Below are positions 20,259-31,015 of a stretch of 64,000 nucleotides of DNA, one piece after another. Position numbers and translations under genes: made by a program. Source of the stretch: Thermoproteota archaeon (lineage in GTDB: Archaea > Thermoproteota > Thermoprotei > Thermofilales > B9-G17); the NCBI GenBank assembly GCA_029258885.1, contig JAPDJW010000002.1, positions 128,001 to 192,000 of the forward strand, written 5' to 3'. The number at the start of each line of letters is the position of its first letter. Within the stretch, counting starts at the first letter, position 1. The notes below the pieces were generated by a model. That model was not told the origin of the DNA. It ran no database searches and saw nothing but the letters and a program-made list of their open reading frames with translations.

Positions 20259-21205
20259 AATACCAAATCTGCTATATCTATAATCATTGAGCCTATTTCA
20301 ACTATCGATGTAAAAAGCCTTTCCAGTTCAGGATACTCCTCACGTAGCCTTTCACTATCACTTAAAATACTCCTAAAAAGCTTATAGGATTCGCTCGCTA
20401 GCTTCAGATTTCTCCTACTATATGCAACTAAAACATTATCCTGAAGCAAACATAATCTATCAGTAAGTCTAGTGAGGCTCTTACGAATCTTTCCATCAGC
20501 TCTAAATCCAGAAGCTAAAATATCCATAACAGTATTAGCAAGCTTCTCGCCAAGATCAGATAGCCTTTCAATATAGTGTACGATAAACCTGTAATCCATT
20601 AACTTCACTCCATCAGTTTCACCGCTTGCAAGAAGCTTACATAGATTGCTTATAGACGACCTAATAATCCTAACAGAATAGAAGTACAGTTTATCCACAA
20701 CATTATCTCTATCAACAACTAGCTTAGCTAGCCTTTTATCATTATTCAATAAAGCTCTAATAGAGTCCCTATACATAGACTTGGATATCTCATTCATACG
20801 CCTAATAACGTTACTTAAATCCCTATATCCTCCAACAAAACACTGGAGAATAACTTTATCCCCTTTATCCTCTACAACCTCAAGACCGAGAAGGCTTCCA
20901 GCAACATCGTAGATAACGGACTTAACGGTCTCGCTAAGAACGCCGCGACCATGTATCTCAATTATATCATAGCCACTAAGGTATGCTGAAATAATCCGCC
21001 TACGTAGAAACTCATCAACACTAATCCTAACACTCTTAGCTTCAGTCTCCCGTTCAACCATAATAGGCTTAATAATTATCGAGCTGTCAGAAGCTACCTC
21101 AACTCTCAACGGCGAGCCCTTCTCTAGACCCAACGACTTAACCCAACTCACTGGAAGCGATACATAGTAGGATCCACTTATACTTAACAGCTTCCTCGTA
21201 GACAT
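20255..21205 (-). CDS. phoU: Archaeal phosphate uptake regulator: AbrB N-terminus plus PhoU repeats
   Basis: RKLLSISGSYYVSLPVSWVK, SAYLSGYD, RDNVVDKLYF and IERLSD. Confidence 0.85.
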   Translation of the reverse strand: MSTRKLLSISGSYYVSLPVSWVKSLGLEKGSPLRVEVASDSSIIIKPIMVERETEAKSVRISVDEFLRRRIISAYLSGYDIIEIHGRGVLSETVKSVIYDVAGSLLGLEVVEDKGDKVILQCFVGGYRDLSNVIRRMNEISKSMYRDSIRALLNNDKRLAKLVVDRDNVVDKLYFYSVRIIRSSISNLCKLLASGETDGVKLMDYRFIVHYIERLSDLGEKLANTVMDILASGFRADGKIRKSLTRLTDRLCLLQDNVLVAYSRRNLKLASESYKLFRSILSDSERLREEYPELERLFTSIVEIGSMIIDIADLVF

Positions 21206-21298
21206 GTTCTCATACCCTAAACATACACTAAAGACTTTAAAAATTTAACGATAAAGTTAAAATCTCTATTAAAGAAAATCTTACATGGTGAAGGCTAC

Positions 21299-22117
21299 AT
21301 GAAGAGAAGTACATCATTAAACATCGCTGCAACCGCTATAGGAGCAGTCCTATACGCCTTAGGTGCATTTATAACCTCATATATAAAGAGCCCATGGGGA
21401 ACAGGCCAATTTAGGCCAGCCATAGTCATACCCAGCATATTCTCACTCCTCTTCGGACCCTATGTCGGAGGCGTGAGCGCAGCAATAGGAACATTCATAG
21501 CCGATTCTCTAAGCCATGGACAACTATACTTCAAGAGCCTAATAGCAGCCGTACCATCAAACTTCATCGCATTCTTCATCTTCGGCAAAATGATGAGCAA
21601 AAACGTATCCTGGCGCAAATTCGTAATAGCAAGCATAGTAACCCTATTAATAGGCAACCTAACCTGCGCAATCCTGGTAGCACTATACTACCTACTGTTC
21701 GTACCAGCTATAGCCTCGAAACCCGCCATATTCCTAGTAAGCCTAGTAATAGGATTAACTCTCTGGTGGTATTCGACAATGCTCCCATTCCAGCTCTTCA
21801 TTATTCCACCAGTACTAAAGGTTATAGTTAAGGCTCTGCCGAGCGTAGTACCGGAGCACATTAGAGCCTTAAGCTTATCAAAGGAGTTCCCCCAAAGGGA
21901 GTTCGCTCTTTCACTAATAATTCCGGGTCTAATGCTGTTAGCTATAGTTGGCTCCACATATGTCAGTGAGGGAGTAACATATATACTCGTAGGAGGGTTA
22001 AAGGAAGCACTTAGAGGCGTGGTATTATCTCTAATAAGGTTCATGTTTGGAGCCACTGGAGTAATACTAACAGCGTTAGGTATATACTCAAACTATATGT
22101 ACATGAGAAGCAAGTAA
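21299..22117 (+). CDS. ECF transporter S component
   Basis: QFRPAIVIPSIFSLLFGPYVGGVSAAIGTFIAD. No ECF ATPase lies nearby. Confidence 0.75.
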   Translation: MKRSTSLNIAATAIGAVLYALGAFITSYIKSPWGTGQFRPAIVIPSIFSLLFGPYVGGVSAAIGTFIADSLSHGQLYFKSLIAAVPSNFIAFFIFGKMMSKNVSWRKFVIASIVTLLIGNLTCAILVALYYLLFVPAIASKPAIFLVSLVIGLTLWWYSTMLPFQLFIIPPVLKVIVKALPSVVPEHIRALSLSKEFPQREFALSLIIPGLMLLAIVGSTYVSEGVTYILVGGLKEALRGVVLSLIRFMFGATGVILTALGIYSNYMYMRSK

Positions 22118-22146
22118 TAAATTTTGGATTATTCATATTTCTTGAC

Positions 22147-22929
22147 GTGAAGGATAAGCTGTGGATAATGGTTAAGAAAGTTATTAGGCAGGCAGATGTA
22201 GTACTAGAGGTAGTTGACTCGAGAAACCCTGAGGGAACTAGATCTAGGATCGTCGAGAGGTACGTGAAGTCTCTCGGGAAGCCACTTATCATAGTAATTA
22301 ATAAGGCTGACCTAGTGCCTAGGGAGGTCTTAGACGAGTGGAAGAACGTATTGAGTAGGGAGTTTCCAACAATATACATAAGCGCTCAGAAGAGGCTTGG
22401 AACCAGAAGGCTGTGGATAATACTCAAGAAATATAGAAGAAATAGTAAGCTTAAGGTAGCAGTCGTAGGCTATCCAAACGTTGGAAAATCGATGATAATC
22501 AACTTATTGAAGGGTCGGCACTCGGTAGGCACATCGCCTATACCAGGATTCACTAAGCATACACAAGCTGTTAGGGCAGCGAAATGGCTTAAGGTAATAG
22601 ATACCCCTGGAGTAGTACCGTTGAGGGAGAAGGATGAGGTAAGCTTAGTCCTAAAGTGTTCAATAAGCCCCGAGGAGCTTGAGGATCCAGTTACTCCAGC
22701 TCTCGGCTTAATTAAAATAGCATTAGAGAAGAATCCAACAGTATTTAAGGAAACCTATGGAATAGAATCCACCAACCCATTAAAGATCATTGAGGAGCTA
22801 GCCGAGAGGAGAAAGTTATACTTAAAGGGCGGACGGCTAAACATCGAGGAAGCCGCCAGAATAATCATTAGAGATTGGCAAAAAGGCAAGCTAGTTTTCT
22901 ATTTCCTCCCGAATGAGCCCATAGGCTAA
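22147..22929 (+). CDS. Circularly permuted GTPase (RbgA/YlqF family)
   Basis: G4 NKADL precedes G1 GYPNVGKS and G3 DTPG. Also VLEVVDSRNP. Confidence 0.9.
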   Translation: MKDKLWIMVKKVIRQADVVLEVVDSRNPEGTRSRIVERYVKSLGKPLIIVINKADLVPREVLDEWKNVLSREFPTIYISAQKRLGTRRLWIILKKYRRNSKLKVAVVGYPNVGKSMIINLLKGRHSVGTSPIPGFTKHTQAVRAAKWLKVIDTPGVVPLREKDEVSLVLKCSISPEELEDPVTPALGLIKIALEKNPTVFKETYGIESTNPLKIIEELAERRKLYLKGGRLNIEEAARIIIRDWQKGKLVFYFLPNEPIG

Positions 22930-23006
22930 GCTTCATATATATTTAAAGCTTACTGATATATACCGAAACAATTATTATCTCATGTCTGAATAATAGGCTG
23001 CTCGGC

Positions 23007-23390
23007 TTGAGCTATATGACGGCTAAAAGCTTATCTTTTAAGATTAATAGAGATAATGTAAGGAGGAGGTGGAGGTACTATGTAATATGGACGCCTATAT
23101 GGTTCACCCTAACATACGCTTTTCTCAATACTTCACCTATCCTATACATACTTCAGCTTCTATTCATACTTAAGGATATATCCGACATAGTGTTCAAATT
23201 CGACTATATGCCTGAATTCTTCGAGCACCTACCTTTCTCATTAGCTACATTTATTTTCGCCTCTATGCTACTAAACGACATAAGTCTGCTAGTCCTAGCG
23301 CTAATCGATTTAATCCTAGATACATACGAGGATCTATGCGTGAAGAAGGATCACTATAAATGGAGGATTAAAGAATGGCTATCAAGGTAG
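23007..23390 (+). CDS. Hypothetical membrane protein
   Basis: Hydrophobic 127-aa ORF overlapping the next start. Confidence 0.45.
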   Translation: MSYMTAKSLSFKINRDNVRRRWRYYVIWTPIWFTLTYAFLNTSPILYILQLLFILKDISDIVFKFDYMPEFFEHLPFSLATFIFASMLLNDISLLVLALIDLILDTYEDLCVKKDHYKWRIKEWLSR

Positions 23391-23995
23391 TATCCTTCGA
23401 CGTAAACGGAACACTACTAAACTGTAATGAATTCATAGATAAATTCTGGTACCAAGAAATACCAAGGCTATACTCTGAAAAATACGGGGTATCATTTAGT
23501 GAGGCTCTAAATAGAATAAAGCGCGACTACAATCTAGTAGGACCAAACGATTTAAGGTGGTATTTACCAAACTATTGGTTCATGCTATACGGTTTTGATC
23601 AGACGCCTGAGGAAATACTAATGAAACTAATACCTAGAGTAAATATCGGGATAATTGATGGCGCCGATAAAGTAGTCGAAAAACTTGCAGAAAAATACGT
23701 CCTAATAGCCATCTCCTCACAATCGATAGAATTCCTAAAGGCGGAGGCATATCACATAAAGTTCTTCCAAAACTTCCTAGAATTATTTTCAGCGCCCTCA
23801 CATTTTAAAGCAACATGTAAAACACCAAACCTATACAGGAAAGTCTGCGAGATACTATCAATAAAACCGGTAGAAATAATTCACATAGGAGATGATCCAA
23901 CTTATGATTATGAAATGGCAAATAAAGCTGGTATAAGAGCGGAAGCACTAGGGAAAACGATAAGAAATCTTCATGAATTGATAAGGATATTGTAA
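23375..23995 (+). CDS. HAD-superfamily hydrolase
   Basis: SFDVNGTL, K-P-x-x-Y and HIGDDPTYD. Confidence 0.82.
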   Translation: MAIKVVSFDVNGTLLNCNEFIDKFWYQEIPRLYSEKYGVSFSEALNRIKRDYNLVGPNDLRWYLPNYWFMLYGFDQTPEEILMKLIPRVNIGIIDGADKVVEKLAEKYVLIAISSQSIEFLKAEAYHIKFFQNFLELFSAPSHFKATCKTPNLYRKVCEILSIKPVEIIHIGDDPTYDYEMANKAGIRAEALGKTIRNLHELIRIL

Positions 23996-24353
23996 TAATA
24001 ATCTCAACTAAATTTTAATTTCATCATATCTCAGTAGCAGAAATCAAATCTAATATTTGCAACCAATAAGCTATTCAGGAATAATAATATTCTGAGGTAA
24101 TTTGAAGGAGAATTTTCGGATTAACTATAGTAATATCGATTGCTGTAGTTTTCACAGTACCAGTGATGTCAGGCAGTAGAGTAGGTATATTCGTATTAAG
24201 GCATTAACTGAGTGTAGTTGGTTTTCCATTAAGCTTTATTACCGTATAGGTTTCATATTTATTGATTTCGTTCTGAAATTGCGAGCTAATGCAATGCTAC
24301 AAAGCTTTATATAAGACAACCCGGATATATCCTGTAAACTAGGTGAATGGACT

Positions 24354-24602
24354 GTGGATGAAAACAATAAGGAAATACTTAGGAAACTTAATGAATTGGA
24401 GGAGAGAATTAGCAAGATCGAGAAATACCTAGTTGAGCTACATACCTTCCTTATGGAGCTCATATCATATGAACTCAATGTCGATATAGAGGAGGATGAA
24501 GCCCTAAACTACATAGATGTAAGGGAATATGATTCAGAGAGCATAAAAAAGGCACTACTACAGATAAAAACGTTCTTCATAGAGGGGACTGAAGGAAACT
24601 AA
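24354..24602 (+). CDS. Small acidic coiled-coil hypothetical protein
   Basis: 82 aa with heptads ILRKLNELEERISKIEKYL. SD GGTG. Confidence 0.5.
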   Translation: MDENNKEILRKLNELEERISKIEKYLVELHTFLMELISYELNVDIEEDEALNYIDVREYDSESIKKALLQIKTFFIEGTEGN

Positions 24603-24635
24603 ATTTCTTAGCTCCCTTATACCTTCCTTGATAAT

Positions 24636-25103
24636 TTACTCGAAGATTTTCTCTTTCATACCTTCAAGCTCGAAGAACAGTATCTGAGCCCGCTTAATCT
24701 TAATATACTTAACACCATCTTTTTCAGCGATATCGTAATCCAGAACAATCTTAGTCGGCGCCTCGCTAATACCCTCCTTATTTATAAACTCGATGAGTTC
24801 ACCAGCTACAGTCCTCCAGTTTGCACTACTTAACTCCCTATCAACACCCTGCTCCTTAACTAGTCTGCCTAGGGTAGCATAGTAGGCTTTACGTAGGGTA
24901 AACATTGCACTCCTAGCGCTTGGGGAGATGCCCGTCTGAATAGTCCTCTCCCCACCTACAATCTCAATAACCTTCAATGTATCCCTAATGCTCCTACAGA
25001 GCCTCTCCAGATAGCTCTTAGCAACATCGGGAACAGCACCTGCCTTTATACTCTCATCAATCTTAGCCACAACATCATTTAGGGACTTTATGATCTCCTC
25101 CAT
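24636..25103 (-). CDS. Hypothetical protein, possibly ThermoDBP-related (DUF2258-like)
   Basis: The C-terminal two-thirds (IQTG...LRKAYYATL...KIVLDYDI...) recalls the ThermoDBP-RP pattern. Recognised by eye only. Confidence 0.4.
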   Translation of the reverse strand: MEEIIKSLNDVVAKIDESIKAGAVPDVAKSYLERLCRSIRDTLKVIEIVGGERTIQTGISPSARSAMFTLRKAYYATLGRLVKEQGVDRELSSANWRTVAGELIEFINKEGISEAPTKIVLDYDIAEKDGVKYIKIKRAQILFFELEGMKEKIFE

Positions 25104-25202
25104 ATACGATCACCAATTAAAATAGATATAATCCAAAATTTAAATCTTTCAAATAAAATTAGGCCAACATCAAATAACAATTTAAATTATAACAATCTCG
25201 TT

Positions 25203-25628
25203 CTAACATTTAACTAAATCCCGAGGATCAATACGCTTTATACCCGGTATAGCGTCAAAAACCTTGTCAGTTGAAATAATAGTACGATCTTCAACCATAC
25301 TTAATAGGGTTGCCGCATAGTAGGCGTCAAAAACCGAGCTAAGATTATATTGCCGCATTAACGTAAACGCCAGCAAATCTACAGTATAATTAGTATCTAT
25401 AAACTCGAGGTTCTCTATAGCGGTAACTGAAGCTATTCTTTCAATAAATTCATCAAGCGATACTCCTTCAGCCATTGAGACATAATACATTTCATGTAAA
25501 GCTTCCCTAGAAGCATAAACTATACCCAACTCGCCCCTTTCAATCATGTTAATAACTTCCATGGCTACAGGCTTTAACCAGTCATGCGGCTTAACATAAG
25601 CATACAATATATCTGTTTCAATCATCAT
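25203..25628 (-). CDS. vapC: PIN-domain toxin VapC
   Basis: IETDILYA, E in ALHEM, FDAYYAA and ISTDKVFD. Confidence 0.88.
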   Translation of the reverse strand: MMIETDILYAYVKPHDWLKPVAMEVINMIERGELGIVYASREALHEMYYVSMAEGVSLDEFIERIASVTAIENLEFIDTNYTVDLLAFTLMRQYNLSSVFDAYYAATLLSMVEDRTIISTDKVFDAIPGIKRIDPRDLVKC

Positions 25629-25873
25629 AACTGTCCCCTATGTTTTGCCCTCTTAACAGCATCCTCCCGTGCAAGCTTCTCCGCAAGCTTCTTCAATTCC
25701 CTTCTGCTTTTAGTAGTCTTAAGCCAGCCCGAAGCTTTAACACTAGGCTTAGGTGGAAGGGGTATAACGACAATAAAGCTTCCTGCTGGAATAACTATAG
25801 CTCTGGTACTCCTAACCCCAGTCCATTTCGGTAAGGTTAAACGCCCCCTTTCATCTACTTTGACCACAGACAT
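25625..25873 (-). CDS. vapB: AbrB/MazE-type antitoxin
   Basis: MSVVKVDERGRLTLPK; 4-nt overlap with vapC. Confidence 0.85.
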   Translation of the reverse strand: MSVVKVDERGRLTLPKWTGVRSTRAIVIPAGSFIVVIPLPPKPSVKASGWLKTTKSRRELKKLAEKLAREDAVKRAKHRGQL

Positions 25874-25991
25874 ATTATAATCCCCTAAAATAAATATTTC
25901 ACCCACATTTTAATTTTTCTCCCACACACATGGACGTTTCCTCTCGACAGTAAAGTAATTTAAGGTTGGTGGTATTGAAACATTGGTGGAT

Positions 25992-27308
25992 ATGCCATCT
26001 ATAGTTGTTGTGGGCGCTCAATGGGGAGATGAGGGAAAGGGCAAGATCATAGATTATCTTGCCAAGTACGTTGATGTAATAGTTAGGTATAATGGTGGGG
26101 CAAATGCTGGGCACACGGTTAACATTAAGGGCAGGAAGTACGTGTTTCATCTTCTTCCATCGGGTGCACTATATAGTGGGAAAACGCTTGTAATTGGAAA
26201 TGGAGTAGTCGTGGATGTAGCGCAGCTATTAGATGAAATAAGGACTGTTGAAGAGGCTGGGTATAGGGTAAACTTGATTTTAAGCAATAGAGCTCACGTC
26301 GTAATGCCGTGGCATAAGCTAATAGATAAAGCAAGCGGAGGAAAAATAGGAACTACTGGCAGGGGTATAGGGCCAACGTACACCGATAAAATGTGGAGGA
26401 AGACGGCGGTACGGATATCGGATCTAATAAGCCGAAACTTCAGGGATAAGCTTAGAGAAATCCTAAAGCTAAAGGAGCATGAACTCAAACATTATGGCAT
26501 TATCGGCGATTCAGTCGAAGAGTATCTTGAGGAGGTATACTCCAGCCTATCCAAGCTGGTCGAGGCCATTAAACCGTATGTTGACGACGTATCGCTGAGA
26601 TTAAACGAGTTCCTGGATCAAGGCAAATGGGTGTTATTTGAGGGGGCACAGGGAACAATGCTAGATGTGGATCACGGAACCTATCCATACGTAACATCCT
26701 CAAACACGATATCGGGGGGTGCATGTACCGGAGCTGGAGTACCTCCTACGAGGATAGATGTTGTGTTAGGTGTAGCAAAGGCATACACTACTAGAGTGGG
26801 GAAGGGTCCTATGCCTACCGAAATACGTGGAGAGATCGCTGAGCATATTAGGGAGAAGGGGGGAGAATACGGTGCAACAACCGGTAGGCCTAGGAGGATA
26901 GGCTGGCTCGACCTAGTGGTATTAAAGTATGCTAGGAGGATAAACGGCTTCTCAAATCTTGCCCTAACAAAGCTGGACGTCCTCTCAGGCATAAAAACGA
27001 TAAAGATAGCCATAGGATACGAGCTCGACGGAAGGAAGATAGACTATATACCAGCAAGCTCAGAGGAGTATGCTAGGGTAAAGCCGATCTACGTAGAATT
27101 TCCCGGATGGAGGGATATAAGTAGGGATGAATGGAGGGAAATTGCTAGAAGCGGAGTATCAACTATGCCAAAGGAGGCCATAAAATACGTCAACTTTATC
27201 CGGGAGGAGCTAAACGTAGACATAGCCATAATATCAGTAGGGCCGAGCAGGGAGGAAACAATACTTCTAAAGGACGTATTTAATATAAAGGAGTGGGGAA
27301 GATATTGA
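25992..27308 (+). CDS. purA: Adenylosuccinate synthetase (long ~440-aa form)
   Basis: GAQWGDEGKGK, GGANAGHT, IGTTGRGIGP, FEGAQG and EYGATTGRPRR. Confidence 0.97.
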   Translation: MPSIVVVGAQWGDEGKGKIIDYLAKYVDVIVRYNGGANAGHTVNIKGRKYVFHLLPSGALYSGKTLVIGNGVVVDVAQLLDEIRTVEEAGYRVNLILSNRAHVVMPWHKLIDKASGGKIGTTGRGIGPTYTDKMWRKTAVRISDLISRNFRDKLREILKLKEHELKHYGIIGDSVEEYLEEVYSSLSKLVEAIKPYVDDVSLRLNEFLDQGKWVLFEGAQGTMLDVDHGTYPYVTSSNTISGGACTGAGVPPTRIDVVLGVAKAYTTRVGKGPMPTEIRGEIAEHIREKGGEYGATTGRPRRIGWLDLVVLKYARRINGFSNLALTKLDVLSGIKTIKIAIGYELDGRKIDYIPASSEEYARVKPIYVEFPGWRDISRDEWREIARSGVSTMPKEAIKYVNFIREELNVDIAIISVGPSREETILLKDVFNIKEWGRY

Positions 27309-28696
27309 GCGAGAATAGGCATTTTGGTCTAGCAATATCCCCTGTAGATGGGAGATATAGGAGGATAGTTGAGGAGCTGGCGGAGTTCTTTTCGGAATAC
27401 GCCCTAATGAGGCTTAGAGTATACATTGAGCTTGAATACTTAATCCATTTATCCGAGTTCACTAAAGGCAAGGTCGTAAGGAGGCTATCGGATAGCGAGA
27501 AGGATAGGATACGAAGTATAGCTAGAAACTTTAGCTTAAAGGATTTCGATAGGGTGAAGGCGTTGGAAGCCGAAACACGCCACGACGTTAAAGCTGTAGA
27601 GTATTTTCTCAGGGAAAAGCTCATCGAGAATATGTTATCCGACCTAATACCAATGATACACTTCGGTCTAACATCGGAGGACGTAAATAACCTAGCATAC
27701 TCAATAGCTATAAGAGACTTCACTAGAAAGCTCTTCATAACATCCATAAACAGGCTATTAAAACAGTTATCAAAGCTAGCTAGGGAACACAAGGCAACAC
27801 CCATGCTAGCTAGAACCCACGGCCAGCCGGCATCGCCAACAACCCTAGGGAAAGAGCTCGCCGTCTTCATCTATAGGATATTCCGCTACAAGGAGAAGCT
27901 GGAGACAGCGGAGCTGCCCGGGAAATTGAGTGGAAGCGTTGGAAACTTCAACTCATTCACCGCAGCATACCCTGAGGTAAATTGGCTGGAATTCAGTAAA
28001 AGCTTTATCGAAAAACTAGGCTTAAAATATTATCCAATAACAACCCAAATTCTACCGCACGACGAGATATCGGATATCCTCTGCTTATACCATGGGTTAT
28101 GTAATGTTCTAATAGATTTATGTAGGGACTTATGGCTATACTGTAGCTACGGGTATCTAGAGCTACAGACGGGAAGGAAAACCGTAGGCTCCTCTGTCAT
28201 GCCACACAAGGTGAATCCAATAGAATTTGAGAATGCTGAGGGAAACCTACAGATAGCATCGGAGCTTTTAAGTTTTGCATCCGCTAAACTGCAGATATCG
28301 AGGCTACAGAGGGATTTATCCGACTCAACGGTGAAGAGGAACTATGGAGTAATATTCGCACATATAATGATTGCAATATATAATATTATAAAGGGGCTAA
28401 GCAAGATACGGGTAAACGTAGAGAGAATGGAGCAGGATCTAATGGAAAACTCCCAGGTACTATCGGAGGCATACCAGACTATCCTCCGGAGCAGAGGATA
28501 TGGAGAAGCCTACGAAATTGTGGCGGAAAAGGTCAAGGGGAGGAAGCTAAGTCTGGAAGAAATGAGGGAGATAGCTAGAAGCCTTAATGTAGACGATGAA
28601 ACCAGGAAGATGCTGATAGATCTAGATCCGAGAAAGTACGTAGGGATAGCGGATAAGCTAGTGGAATATGTCCTGAGTATCGTGGATATCTTCTAG
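27293..28696 (+). CDS. purB: Adenylosuccinate lyase (E. coli-type architecture)
   Basis: AISPVDGRY, HFGLTSEDVNN, RTHGQPASP, GSSVMPHKVNP and SRLQRDLSDSTV. Confidence 0.95.
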   Translation: MGKILSENRHFGLAISPVDGRYRRIVEELAEFFSEYALMRLRVYIELEYLIHLSEFTKGKVVRRLSDSEKDRIRSIARNFSLKDFDRVKALEAETRHDVKAVEYFLREKLIENMLSDLIPMIHFGLTSEDVNNLAYSIAIRDFTRKLFITSINRLLKQLSKLAREHKATPMLARTHGQPASPTTLGKELAVFIYRIFRYKEKLETAELPGKLSGSVGNFNSFTAAYPEVNWLEFSKSFIEKLGLKYYPITTQILPHDEISDILCLYHGLCNVLIDLCRDLWLYCSYGYLELQTGRKTVGSSVMPHKVNPIEFENAEGNLQIASELLSFASAKLQISRLQRDLSDSTVKRNYGVIFAHIMIAIYNIIKGLSKIRVNVERMEQDLMENSQVLSEAYQTILRSRGYGEAYEIVAEKVKGRKLSLEEMREIARSLNVDDETRKMLIDLDPRKYVGIADKLVEYVLSIVDIF

Positions 28697-28698
28697 CC

Positions 28699-30966
28699 TT
28701 ACCTTCTTTTACCCAGCTTGAAGACCAGTATAAGTGCGATCACTAGGAGAAGCGAGAGTATTATTGTTTGAATGTCGATGCCTCCCTTTTCCTCTTCGAT
28801 TGCCTCAAACTTTATTTCAAGCTTTCCTCCAAGATATCTATCGGTCTCAGGTACTTCTACTATTACAGTCCAATTACCTTTCTTATTGACTTCGATGGAA
28901 TATCTAAAGTTGCCCTTTTCATCTATCTCCAAAATCTTTTCTACGGCCATGTTAGCGGGATCAATTATCTTCAAGATTACGTTTTGAAGCTCCTCAGATG
29001 GCTTAACGTATCCGGAAATATTCACCTTTATTCCAAGCTTAACTCTATCCTCTACTCCGCTGATGTTAATCTCTCTTAAGCCCTTAAGTACGGCAACATT
29101 TACAATGTTCGATATGCTCGGCTTATACCTTTCGGAGCCGAAGAAGCATGCTCTAAAACTGTAGTTTCCCGGGTCAAGCCTAATGCTGAACGTAAATCGA
29201 CCACTGGAGTCCGTGGAAACAACCTCCACTCCCTTCCACAGGTTGCCGACCTTCCTCTCTATCAGAATATCCACCTTAATTGGAGGATCTATACTGCCGC
29301 TTAAGGTCACGTTCTCAGGATACCTAAACTCGGGTTTAGCTGTAGAGAGAGTTAAGCTGGTTTCCCTTTTAACAGCTGGGCGTCTCGATATATCGGCGTA
29401 AAACTTGGCTATTCTAGCCTTCACGTAGGAGCTGACGTACTTATTCTCATTAAACAGCTGGACTGCCTCATTGTAAAGCTCATCAGCCTTATCGATTAGG
29501 GTAACTCTATTATCTTGACGCGCCCTACTTATAGCCTCAGCGGCCTTATTAATTGAGTCCTGGACGAAACTTATACATTCGCTTAAATTCAGTTCCTTAG
29601 CTAAAGCTATGCTTTCATTAGCATACTTAACAGCTAAATCGTACCTACCACACCCGAACATAAGCTTAGCTTTAAGAAGCCTATCCATGGCCGAGACAGG
29701 TATTATCTCCTCAGCAATAAGCTCCAAGACGGCCTCCGTAGCATTCTCAAATACGAACCTATAGGCTTCAAGCACTTCCTCGCTAACGTCATACTCTCCT
29801 ATTAGGCTCAGCGCATTGGTTACAATAGGATCCTTCATGAAGTACTTCCATATACTAGAGTTAAGGTAATTTGCTATAGTTAGCAGTATCATGCCTTGGT
29901 CTAAAGCCAAGTAATCCTCGTCAACAATGCCTGAAACCAGGTTAACCGAATCCTTAAATCCCAGATCCTCCCTGACGCCCATCTCCTCAAGCATTAGGAG
30001 ATTAAGGAAAACGCGTTCTGGAAAATACAGTAAAGCTAAGACCGAGGCGTGCGGAGTAGCCACAGCAAAATTCATGCCGTATCCGCCCTCAGGTATATCA
30101 CATGGAGAAAAGCCCCAGACAGGATAACCTTGATCATTAGCGAACGTCATTTGAGCAATAGTCACATTAATTGTAGATCTGCATATAAACGAGCCCCTCT
30201 CGTCAACGAATATTCCGGGCATATAGTATATGAAGAGGCCAGCCTTCCACCCCCAAAGGAAGGAAATATTCCTATAGAACTGCATATCTCTCTTTAAAGC
30301 AAACCAGTGTTCAGCCGGGATCTTACCTGAACCTATGCCGATTAAACTGGCCATGCGTGATTCTATAGCTAAATAGTCATAATGAGCCGAAGTATAGTGC
30401 TTACCTATACTATCATATCCTATATAGAGGAGCTTAGCGCTCGAGTCATACAATTTATCCCACTCCATCATGTCCAGAAGCTTAGTTATGTTCTCATAAA
30501 GCTCTGGGAAGGCGTTCCTAGCAACTATTAAGCCAGCTGCATACCATCCAGCATCAACAGAGGACACAAAGTTACCCCAAATAGGGGACAACGTCTCTGC
30601 ATTATACCAGTTAAAGGGTATACCGTGCCACTTCTCAAGCTTCAATAATGTCTCCACAGTCTTCTTAGCTCGACTTAAAGCTTCATCCCTATCTATAAAG
30701 CCGAGATCATACGCCGCAACGATAGAAGCCAAATATAGCCCCATGTTAGTTATCGAAGTCTGAGGATTTCCCGGCGTACTTCTATCGTAAGGCAACCCCG
30801 TCCAGTTACACGTATATCTTACGAAGCAATTCCAAGTATCCCTAGCAAGCTCCAATAGATAATTTTTAAGTTTATCCGGAATAGCTCTAGCCATATTACC
30901 TCTATTAGTAATGGTAAGCGAGGATATAATTAGAATTGTTATTAAAGCTAACGATAAGTGCTTCAT
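28699..30966 (-). CDS. Secreted, C-terminally anchored glycoamylase/DUF3131 glycoside hydrolase (GH144/GH189-like) with Ig-like stalk
   Basis: Signal peptide, then TSITNMGLYLAS, PFNWYN, VSSVDAGW, YDYLAIESR, WGFSP, TPHAS and YLALDQGM. Beta-sandwich repeats follow, then TM plus KRR. Confidence 0.75.
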   Translation of the reverse strand: MKHLSLALITILIISSLTITNRGNMARAIPDKLKNYLLELARDTWNCFVRYTCNWTGLPYDRSTPGNPQTSITNMGLYLASIVAAYDLGFIDRDEALSRAKKTVETLLKLEKWHGIPFNWYNAETLSPIWGNFVSSVDAGWYAAGLIVARNAFPELYENITKLLDMMEWDKLYDSSAKLLYIGYDSIGKHYTSAHYDYLAIESRMASLIGIGSGKIPAEHWFALKRDMQFYRNISFLWGWKAGLFIYYMPGIFVDERGSFICRSTINVTIAQMTFANDQGYPVWGFSPCDIPEGGYGMNFAVATPHASVLALLYFPERVFLNLLMLEEMGVREDLGFKDSVNLVSGIVDEDYLALDQGMILLTIANYLNSSIWKYFMKDPIVTNALSLIGEYDVSEEVLEAYRFVFENATEAVLELIAEEIIPVSAMDRLLKAKLMFGCGRYDLAVKYANESIALAKELNLSECISFVQDSINKAAEAISRARQDNRVTLIDKADELYNEAVQLFNENKYVSSYVKARIAKFYADISRRPAVKRETSLTLSTAKPEFRYPENVTLSGSIDPPIKVDILIERKVGNLWKGVEVVSTDSSGRFTFSIRLDPGNYSFRACFFGSERYKPSISNIVNVAVLKGLREINISGVEDRVKLGIKVNISGYVKPSEELQNVILKIIDPANMAVEKILEIDEKGNFRYSIEVNKKGNWTVIVEVPETDRYLGGKLEIKFEAIEEEKGGIDIQTIILSLLLVIALILVFKLGKRR

Positions 30967-31015
30967 GATATCACTCCTAAGCTATTCACTGGCTTCATAT
31001 ATTTAAACTTTAAAG

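Noticed and set aside
23996-24353. AT-rich intergenic stretches (also 7020-7275 and 55856-56146) as possible CRISPR leaders or origins
   Set aside because: No repeat-spacer arrays, ORB-like repeats or cas/orc genes were seen.
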